DNA of 64,000 nucleotides from Candidatus Babeliales bacterium (GTDB lineage Bacteria; Babelota; Babeliae; Babelales; Vermiphilaceae): NCBI GenBank assembly GCA_963743635.1, contig CAVUQO010000002.1, positions 192,001 to 256,000 of the forward strand, read 5' to 3'. Shown piece by piece: positions 56,438 to 64,000 of this stretch (position 1 is its first letter; each line of letters starts with the position of its first letter). The notes under the pieces were generated by a model. It saw only the letters and a program-made list of their open reading frames with translations, ran no database searches and was not told where the DNA came from. The position numbers and the translations under genes were made by a program.

Positions 56438-57193
56438 ATGAAGCTGTTATTGCGAACTACGGGATTGTTACTGTTAAGTGTATGTTACCTTGAAGGCAGA
56501 GATATGATGATAATAGCCCATCGTGGAGCTTCAGGACGAGAACCAGAAAATACTATGCGTGCATTTGAGAAGGCTGTTGAATATCGTGCTGATATGATTG
56601 AGTTTGACGTGCATGCATGTGGATCGGGTGAGATAGTTATTATGCATGATGACACTCTCGAACGAACAACCAATGGCTATGGAGAGGTTGGCAAAACGCC
56701 ACTTGCTGGATTACAGCGGCTTGATGCAGGTCTTGGTGAGCCGATTCCAACATTGCAAAAAGTGTTGGATACTTTTCGTGGCATAATAAAACTTGATATT
56801 GAACTCAAAGGAAAACATACCGGAGAGCCAGTTGCGGATCTGCTCCATGAATATATTTACCATTATAAGTGGCCCGTTACAGATATTCTCGTAACCTCTT
56901 TTCTTCATGAAGAATTATTGAAATTGCATGCGATTATGCCAGTAGTTCGCTTGGGTAAGATCTTTGATGACGGCGAATCGATTGAATATGATGCAGCGCT
57001 TTTTTGTGTTATTGTAGTGCCCTATTCGGCACTTACCTCAGAGTTGGTGCAACATGCGCATGCCCGTGGGGTACAAGTTCTGGTCTATACGCTCAATGAA
57101 CGTGAGCAGATATTGCATGCGGTGCAGTGCCAAGTAGATGGTATTATTTCCGATAATCCTGATATTGCTCGATCGATATGCGTACAGCGCTGA
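56438..57193 (+). CDS. Glycerophosphodiester phosphodiesterase with signal-like N-terminus
   Basis: IAHRGAS..EPENT, IEFDV, MHDDTLERTT, DIELK, GIISDNP. Confidence 0.9.
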   Translation: MKLLLRTTGLLLLSVCYLEGRDMMIIAHRGASGREPENTMRAFEKAVEYRADMIEFDVHACGSGEIVIMHDDTLERTTNGYGEVGKTPLAGLQRLDAGLGEPIPTLQKVLDTFRGIIKLDIELKGKHTGEPVADLLHEYIYHYKWPVTDILVTSFLHEELLKLHAIMPVVRLGKIFDDGESIEYDAALFCVIVVPYSALTSELVQHAHARGVQVLVYTLNEREQILHAVQCQVDGIISDNPDIARSICVQR

Positions 57194-57215
57194 CTGCGCA
57201 TAAAAGAGTAGTTTT

Positions 57216-58118
57216 TCATTCTTGAATTACAGGAATTTCTTTTGTGATTGTTTTCAGCTCATCTTGATAAAAAAGCGCGAGGCCGATAAATACGATAATG
57301 CTTGATGCATAAAAAGGCCATGTCGTAGTTTCATTGAGCCACAGCCATCCATAAAACGCTGCAAAAAAGGGAGAAATAAAGCCTGCAAAGGACACAAAAG
57401 TTGCAGTATATTTTTTTAATAAATACGCATACAAATTCTGACAAATCAGGCTGCCAACAATAGTTACCAACACAAGTAATCCAAGAAAACGGGGAGTATC
57501 AGTAACTGGATACCAACCTTCAAAGAATGGCGCCGTGAGCAGCGCGCAAAATCCACCTCCAAACATGGAGATGCCGTTAATTATAATGGGGGAGTAATGG
57601 GTTTCTCGCACCAATTTGCGAATGATAATCAATGTATAACTATGGGCAACCACAGAGGCAAGGACCGCAATTTCCGGCCATAGGGTACTCGCTGCTGTTT
57701 CTGCGGACGATGAACTAATAAGAATGGGAAAGAAGCCTATAAAACCTATGATTAAGCCTATCCATTGTTTGCGCGTCATCACTTCATTGAGCATGAAATA
57801 AGAAAAGAGTGCAGAAGCAAAAGGCGATAGATTAAACATGAACATTGTTTTCGCAGACGGCAGGAACTGAAAACCCCAAAAGCGAATGATATACGTGAAA
57901 TAAATGCCAAAAAAAGTTATTTGGACAAACATCCAGAGATGTTCTTTTTTGATATGAAAGCTTTCCTGAGTACGAAAATATTGGTAGACCATCATTACAG
58001 CACCGGCAAGGCCAAAGCGAGCAGCAATATAAAAGATAGGTTTACAACATCCAAAGATAAGTTTTGTGAGCGTAAGGGTCAGAGCCCAAAGCGCATAGTG
58101 GATTATAATTAACAGCAT
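57216..58118 (-). CDS. EamA/DMT family transporter
   Basis: About 10 TM helices with an internal duplication; paralogue of the next gene. Confidence 0.85.
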   Translation of the reverse strand: MLLIIIHYALWALTLTLTKLIFGCCKPIFYIAARFGLAGAVMMVYQYFRTQESFHIKKEHLWMFVQITFFGIYFTYIIRFWGFQFLPSAKTMFMFNLSPFASALFSYFMLNEVMTRKQWIGLIIGFIGFFPILISSSSAETAASTLWPEIAVLASVVAHSYTLIIIRKLVRETHYSPIIINGISMFGGGFCALLTAPFFEGWYPVTDTPRFLGLLVLVTIVGSLICQNLYAYLLKKYTATFVSFAGFISPFFAAFYGWLWLNETTTWPFYASSIIVFIGLALFYQDELKTITKEIPVIQE

Positions 58119-58189
58119 AGTGGTCTATCGCTTTTAAAAAAAGGGTGGCGGGCAGTGATGCGTTATAGATATAACAACGAGGCATTCTT

Positions 58190-59158
58190 TTATTCAAGTA
58201 TTTCTGGAATTTCTTGTTTTATTGATTCCATTTCATCTTGATAGAAGAGTAAAAGTCCAATAAAAACAATGACGCTTGATACATAAAAATGCGGCGTTAT
58301 CTTTTCACTCAGCCATAACCAGCCATACAATGCTGCAAATAAGGGAGACATAAAGCCCGCAAAGGAAAGAAATGTGGCGGTGTACACTTTAAGCAGATAA
58401 GCATACAAATTGTGGCAAATAAGATTGCTAATTAAAATGACGCACGCCAACAATTTGGCAAATTCTAAAAAGTTGGTGACGGGACTGAGGCCTTCATAGT
58501 AAGGAGATGTGATGAGTGCGCATATGCCGCCAACAAACATAGTAAGTCCATTGATCATAGCAGGTGAATAGCTGTTATCACGTACGAGCTTACGAATAAC
58601 AATCCAATTATAACTATGACTTATTACCGAAGCGAGTACTGCAAGTTCTGGCCATGGAATACCGAATTGTGTTGGGGTAATGCCTTCAGTAATTTTTGGC
58701 GTGGTGGTCAACAGATTCCAGAATGCATTTAAAGCAGCAATTGGTGATAAAGGGCTTATTAAAATAGGAATGAATCCTATGACGCCAATACATAGACCAA
58801 GCCATTTTTTGCGCGACATTTCTTCATTTAAAAATATGTATGAAAAGAGAGCTGATAAAAAAGGTGCTAAGTTGAACATAAACATTGCTTTTGAAGCGGG
58901 CAAATATTTGAGTCCCCAAAATCGAATGATGTAGGTAAAATATATGCCAAAAAATACTACCTGCGCGTAAAGCCAGAAATGTTCTCGCTTGAAATGAAAA
59001 TCTTTACGCGCATAAATATATTGATAAGCCAAAAGCAGCATGCCTGCGAGAGACATGCGGGCACCGATATAAAAAATAGGTGCGGTGAAATCGAACATCT
59101 TTTTGCTGATTACAACGGAAAGCGCAAACAGTGCGTAAAGAATTATAATTAATATCAT
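58190..59158 (-). CDS. EamA/DMT family transporter
   Basis: About 10 TM helices; shares FFGIYFTYIIRFWG and WPE.AVLASV with the previous gene. Confidence 0.85.
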   Translation of the reverse strand: MILIIILYALFALSVVISKKMFDFTAPIFYIGARMSLAGMLLLAYQYIYARKDFHFKREHFWLYAQVVFFGIYFTYIIRFWGLKYLPASKAMFMFNLAPFLSALFSYIFLNEEMSRKKWLGLCIGVIGFIPILISPLSPIAALNAFWNLLTTTPKITEGITPTQFGIPWPELAVLASVISHSYNWIVIRKLVRDNSYSPAMINGLTMFVGGICALITSPYYEGLSPVTNFLEFAKLLACVILISNLICHNLYAYLLKVYTATFLSFAGFMSPLFAALYGWLWLSEKITPHFYVSSVIVFIGLLLFYQDEMESIKQEIPEILE

Positions 59159-59252
59159 AGGATTATCATTTAAATGAGTGGTACATATACTGAAAACTTA
59201 GTGTACCACATTATTGTGCTCAAAGTAGTATAATTATGTAGAGATCGGCTTT

Positions 59253-60320
59253 TTATGCTGTAGTAGTCTGGTTATTGGGTAGAATTTTTCCTGCAAAATT
59301 TCGTACCGCATTTCTATATTCATGTTTTTTAATCAAAAGATTATTGGCATGGCGTGAACCTTGAAAAATAACGAGCTCGTCCTGGCCGTTATTATGGTTT
59401 TCTTTTAGTGTCTGAATGTTCGTAAGCGGCGCATATTGATCACTCTCTTCATGTATATAGAGTATCGGTGTATCTTTCAGTATCTGAATTTTATCATCAA
59501 CACGAGAGACATGATCATGTTCCTGAATACCCCCCTTGACCAGTCCGATAGCAAGGCTCGTGAGTGGATAGCCAACCGAATTCCAAATGATTTTGTGTAA
59601 AAGGCGGTTTGATACTGCTGCGGTTCTATCGTTGCAGAAGATCCAACTGCGTAATATTTGAGAGAGCAACACATGCTTAAAGTGATAGTAACCAGCCGGC
59701 ACCACCTGCATACTTGAAGTGAATGCACTATCAAGAATGATTCCTTTAACGTTATACTTCTCTAATTCATTCTTTTTTTGGAGTTCACACAGTGCTCGCA
59801 GCGTATGAAAACCACCAGCACATAAGCCGAGCGTGATGAGCGGTTTCGTATTATCTTTGTTGTGCGCATAATCCATAGCGCCAATGACGTCTTTATAATG
59901 ATGCTTGCCATAGCGTCGCAGCTTAGCTACAAAGCTCAGGAGAGCGTTATTCTCACCTTGCCTGCGTGCATCAAAAAAAAGAATATTACTTTCATCGGGA
60001 AGGAGTTTTACGAGCGTTGACATTCCTTCCTTATTATTGGGAAAAAATCCGCCGGAGACAATGGTAGTATGAGTTGCGTTAGTTCTCGGGACCCAGATTC
60101 CATGAATATTAAAGTTATCCTGTGTGGTGAAGATAATTGATTCGGCGTTGTAATATTTTTTTAGATGCTCTCTGACACCGCTCTGATTTTTCAAAAGATT
60201 ATTGGTATCAAAAAGGGGATCATCATCAAGATTTGTGCTCGGGGCAGGTAATTCTGGCAATGAAAAGGCGGGGGCAGAACTTAAGAGTAATAATGGGATC
60301 AGGAGGGTGCGTATCATCAT
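59253..60320 (-). CDS. Secreted alpha/beta hydrolase with Cys nucleophile
   Basis: Signal peptide; FDARRQGE, GLCAGG elbow, IILDSAF, C-terminal GSRH. Confidence 0.72.
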   Translation of the reverse strand: MMIRTLLIPLLLLSSAPAFSLPELPAPSTNLDDDPLFDTNNLLKNQSGVREHLKKYYNAESIIFTTQDNFNIHGIWVPRTNATHTTIVSGGFFPNNKEGMSTLVKLLPDESNILFFDARRQGENNALLSFVAKLRRYGKHHYKDVIGAMDYAHNKDNTKPLITLGLCAGGFHTLRALCELQKKNELEKYNVKGIILDSAFTSSMQVVPAGYYHFKHVLLSQILRSWIFCNDRTAAVSNRLLHKIIWNSVGYPLTSLAIGLVKGGIQEHDHVSRVDDKIQILKDTPILYIHEESDQYAPLTNIQTLKENHNNGQDELVIFQGSRHANNLLIKKHEYRNAVRNFAGKILPNNQTTTA

Positions 60321-60403
60321 ATTAATTCCAAGGAATGGACTAGTTTTAGATATTGTCGGCGTCTAGTCTATGATATTGCATTATTAATGCAAAAAATTGT
60401 CAC

Positions 60404-60435
60404 AAAAAAGGGGACCAATGTGGTCCCCTTTTTTT
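60404..60435 (-). terminator. Intrinsic terminator
   Basis: AAAAAAAGGGGACCA-loop-TGGTCCCCTTTTTTT. Confidence 0.8.
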
Positions 60436-60451
60436 GTAATTCCTGTGATTT

Positions 60452-60976
60452 TTATTGGTAGAATCCTGACAAATTCTTACCTGCATCTTGTACTTTTACT
60501 TCTGGAAGTACTTTTGTCATTACGTTTCCATTATTATTCACCGCATACCATACCGTTAATCTGGTATTAGCTGAGTGAGGCTTGAAGATGTGATAATAAT
60601 AATTTCCTGGAGCAACTTGGATCTCTGATACCATTTGACCTGGTACATTTGCCGCTACCATGATTTTCTCTTTAGTGTCTAAGTTGGGCGCTGCCGCTTC
60701 TTGCTTTGAATTATTTGCAAGAGTGATGTTTGTTTGTTTAGTTGAGCTCATCATGCCACTCTTAAATGCCGGTATACTGATGAATACAGAGTTTTTGGTT
60801 TTTTCGTTATTCCAAAAATGGAATTTATTTTTATTCTTTTTATCAGCAATCCAAGTCTTAGCGTCGTTGACTTCTTGTGCTGATAACGCGGCAGGTTCAC
60901 TAGTTGGCTTAGCGGCATGCAGTGCGATTGTGCTCACGATGAGTGATACCGCTAATAGTACTTTATTGGTTTTCAT
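60452..60976 (-). CDS. Secreted hypothetical protein
   Basis: AGGAGA RBS; MKTNKVLL...ALHA-AKP signal peptide. Confidence 0.72.
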   Translation of the reverse strand: MKTNKVLLAVSLIVSTIALHAAKPTSEPAALSAQEVNDAKTWIADKKNKNKFHFWNNEKTKNSVFISIPAFKSGMMSSTKQTNITLANNSKQEAAAPNLDTKEKIMVAANVPGQMVSEIQVAPGNYYYHIFKPHSANTRLTVWYAVNNNGNVMTKVLPEVKVQDAGKNLSGFYQ

Positions 60977-61211
60977 ACTCTTCTCCTTTTGAAGTATGAT
61001 TAATAATATAACAATTTCCATCATAGCAAGGGCGTATGTTTGAAATAAAGAGTTTTGTAATTTAATGTTAATTCCAGGTAGGATTTATGGAATAAGGGGG
61101 CTAAAAGTGGCAAAAATGTATTATTTTTGGAGGTCGGTGGCGGCTTTTTTTTGATTAATGAGTATACTAGGGAGTCATGCTGATAAGGTAATTATAAATA
61201 AAGGGGTGTCT

Positions 61212-62807
61212 ATGAACCTGTTGATCATTCTATTGAGTATCGTTTTATCTATCTTTTCAACTGCCGTAATGAGCTATATTTCTATGGCTACGCCTATTGG
61301 GCCATGGATTGCGCCGACTTTGGTACTTATGGCCATGCTGATCGTGCGTTTATTCTACCGTGGTCGGGATTATGGACAGGAAATTATTCTGGCAACGTTT
61401 TCGGGATCCATTGGCGGAATCTTGGCCACATCTTTTGGATTCTCATTTCCAACACTCTATTTTCTTGATCCTGAACTTTTTAATGCCTGGATGAGTAGTC
61501 CTCTTTATTTTATGGGCATTATGAGTGCGATTGCATTGGCGGCAGGGGGATTTGGTTTTTGGATAGCCAATATGCTCGAGGAGCGTTTGATTGTGCAAGA
61601 GCAGCTCGATTTTCCGATCGCTCAGCTGATTAATAAGATGGTTGTGGCGCAGCAAAGTATGCGTAAGGCGGCGGAGCTTATGATAGGTTTTGTGGGAACC
61701 GCACTTTTCTGCCTATTTCAGGATGGCCTTGCAATGATTCGAGGTGTTATTCCCAAAACATGTGCATTGATATCGCCGGTTTCTTACGGAATTTTGAAAA
61801 TACCATGTATTAGTCTTGATCTTTGGCCAATGCTGTGGGCGATTGGTTTCGTTACCGGGCATGTCATAGCCATTCCATTATTAGTAGGCGCATGTTCAAA
61901 TATTTTTATCATCGATACGTTACGCAATGGATTATATCCTGATTATGCGGCATTCGAATTCATTTTAGCTTTTAGCAGTGGCATGATTCTTGCAGGAACC
62001 CTATTCGGGTTTTTACAGACGCCGCGAGTGCTCTGGCGCTCAATGTGCCGCTTGTTTACTGACAATAGCACAAGTGCTGCGATATCAAACATTAGTAAAC
62101 GTGCGATGGTGGAGCTTGGATCCATTCTTTTATTCTGTGTAGTGCTCTTGAGCTATTTTGAATTTTCAGCACTCGCACAAGTCTATCTTCTCTTGTTTAC
62201 CTTTGCGTGTACTTATGAAATCGCAAATCAGGCTGGCAAAATTGGCCTTGCACGCCTTGGTATGTTCGCCACGTTTGTGATGGTACCAGCGATGTTGTGC
62301 TTTAATTTGAACTTTTTACAAATTACCTTGATTGCCACGTTCGTAGAAGTGTGTGGTGGCGTAGCGGCAGATGTGCTTTTTGGAAGAAAAATGGTTCCAC
62401 TTGCGCACATTTCACGCCAAACTATGCAGCGTTATCAACTCCTTGGCCTCATTACGAGTTCCTTGTGCGTGGGCGCGGTCTTTTGGCTGCTCATTAATCA
62501 TTTTGGGTTGGGAACGGCAGAACTTTTTGCGCAGAAAGCAAAGAATCGCGAACTGCTCATTGCCATTAAGAAATTCGATTGGCATATCTTATTGATGGGA
62601 TTTGGATACGGCTATCTGCTGCGCAAGGCGCGCATCAATCCGAGTTTGGTGTTGGGCGGCATTTTGATGCCGATCAATGTATCGCTGGGGCTTATTATCG
62701 GTGGGTTGAGTACCTACCTCGTGCGTGACAAGGAAGAATGGTATCCGTTCTGGTCCGGCGTCTTTGCATCGAATTCACTCTGGATGTTATTTAGGTCAAT
62801 GTTATAA
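61212..62807 (+). CDS. OPT/YSL-like oligopeptide transporter
   Basis: Polytopic membrane protein with FSFPTLYFL and QLDFP segments; family assignment by overall resemblance. Confidence 0.6.
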   Translation: MNLLIILLSIVLSIFSTAVMSYISMATPIGPWIAPTLVLMAMLIVRLFYRGRDYGQEIILATFSGSIGGILATSFGFSFPTLYFLDPELFNAWMSSPLYFMGIMSAIALAAGGFGFWIANMLEERLIVQEQLDFPIAQLINKMVVAQQSMRKAAELMIGFVGTALFCLFQDGLAMIRGVIPKTCALISPVSYGILKIPCISLDLWPMLWAIGFVTGHVIAIPLLVGACSNIFIIDTLRNGLYPDYAAFEFILAFSSGMILAGTLFGFLQTPRVLWRSMCRLFTDNSTSAAISNISKRAMVELGSILLFCVVLLSYFEFSALAQVYLLLFTFACTYEIANQAGKIGLARLGMFATFVMVPAMLCFNLNFLQITLIATFVEVCGGVAADVLFGRKMVPLAHISRQTMQRYQLLGLITSSLCVGAVFWLLINHFGLGTAELFAQKAKNRELLIAIKKFDWHILLMGFGYGYLLRKARINPSLVLGGILMPINVSLGLIIGGLSTYLVRDKEEWYPFWSGVFASNSLWMLFRSML

Positions 62808-63150
62808 ACGATTTTTCATCATTTCCTATCGATCAATAGTTTTTATAATAAAATATAATTGCACTATCTTTATCAAATCTGTTCCAATTTGAAAATTGTT
62901 TTTGGTATGCTCATACCAGGGATATATGAAAAGGGGAAATGATATGATAAAAAAATTATTGGTTATTGTGATTGTGGTGCTGCTCATTGTTATGAATTTG
63001 CGCATGTGTATTTGAAGTGCATGTTAGTACTATATCAGCATATTATTGATCGTTTATATAATGAATTGGGCATTGGGAATCTTTTTTTGAATCTGCTACA
63101 ATTTCAACAATTGTATATCATTTGCAGATAATCAAAACGAAAGAGACGCT

Positions 63151-64000
63151 ATGACATTTCGCTATGTGTTTATATTAATACTTTTATGCAATGTTACAGG
63201 GGCATTAGCTCATCATAAGATTTTATATCTCATTTCTACACCGCGATCATTATCGACTGTGTTTCTTCGTGCAATGCACGCGCGTGGCGATATGTCCATT
63301 TTTTATGTCCATTTTTAATGAACCATCGGTACCGGTATGGTATGGGGATGTGCATGGTGTAGAGCAATGGTATGGGGCTGAGAATGGCGTAAAAATGGAA
63401 GAATGGTGTCGTCCTGGAGTAGCCAGAACTTATAAGGAGGTTATCGATCGCTTATTGGCAGAATCTGAGCTGTGTCCGGTGTTTGTCAAAGAACAGAGTT
63501 ATATGGTGCAAAATTTGCTCAAAGAGGATGATCGCATTCTGCATGATCACGATATTACGTTTGCCATGTTATTGCGCAATCCCCATCATAGTATCATCTC
63601 TTTTTACAAAAAGTGGGGTCAGTTAGTAGATAATTTTTCTGAAATAGTCGGATATCAGGGATGTTATGAGCTGTATCATGAAATTAAGAAAAAAACCGGC
63701 AAAGCTCCCGTTGTCGTGATTACCCAAGAGATGTATACAAATTCAGCCGATGCGATGCAAACGTTTTGTAAGAACGTTGGTATTCCATTCCTGCCGGAAG
63801 CCTTACAGTGGCCAAGTCTTGGAATGGCGTTTGATGGTGTAGTGGAATGGCATGAAGTTAAGGTATATGAAAGAACACATTATTGGCATGGAGATGCTAT
63901 ATTGAGTACCGGTTTTCAACAGCCGAGGCAGTATGAGGTAGATGCTGAGGGAAATCCAACATTTTCAGAAATCGCTAACCTTGAGGATAGAGAGCGCTGT
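63151..64000 (+). pseudogene. Exported sulfotransferase-like protein interrupted by a 13-bp tandem duplication; runs off the window
   Basis: STPRSLSTVFLR; after removing one TATGTCCATTTTT copy the frame reads FNEP...VFVKE...LLRNP...FCKNVGIPF...WH..AILSTGF. Confidence 0.7.

Overview
Bacterial chromosomal window with standard code and about 60 genes. The gene content resembles an intracellular protist parasite of Dependentiae/Babelota (TM6): BamA, many Sec-signal proteins whose mature N-terminus is M-Q/M-E, ankyrin and WD40 proteins, EamA/OPT importers. This taxonomy is an inference. Housekeeping genes: groES/groEL, rpe, class I aldolase, ftsL/ftsI, bamA, cysS, trxA, dps, pilC-like, HIT and four tRNAs. 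Accessory blocks: (i) a Ku-LigD-DUF488-Mug-VKOR-DipZ repair/redox operon; (ii) an apparent operon of a signal-peptide-bearing ATPase with three CDC48/FtsH-clade AAA+ domains followed by seven shuffled secreted paralogues (poly-Q linkers, hypervariable His/Cys cores, CUE/UBA-like helical repeats, hydrophobic C-termini); (iii) a secreted Skp1-like/F-box/WD40 fusion; (iv) tandem arrays of secreted paralogues; (v) two half-size Csp-like Cys-rich peptides; (vi) an ABC-F gene with an MKKIS leader-peptide attenuator; (vii) palindromic repeats, including a short element whose terminal inverted repeat overlaps tRNA CCA ends. Several genes (groEL, ftsI, ftsL, aldolase, a methyltransferase) carry single-base indels that look like sequencing errors. 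No CRISPR array, rRNA, transposase or integrase was seen. All family calls come from motif recognition by eye; no database search was run.
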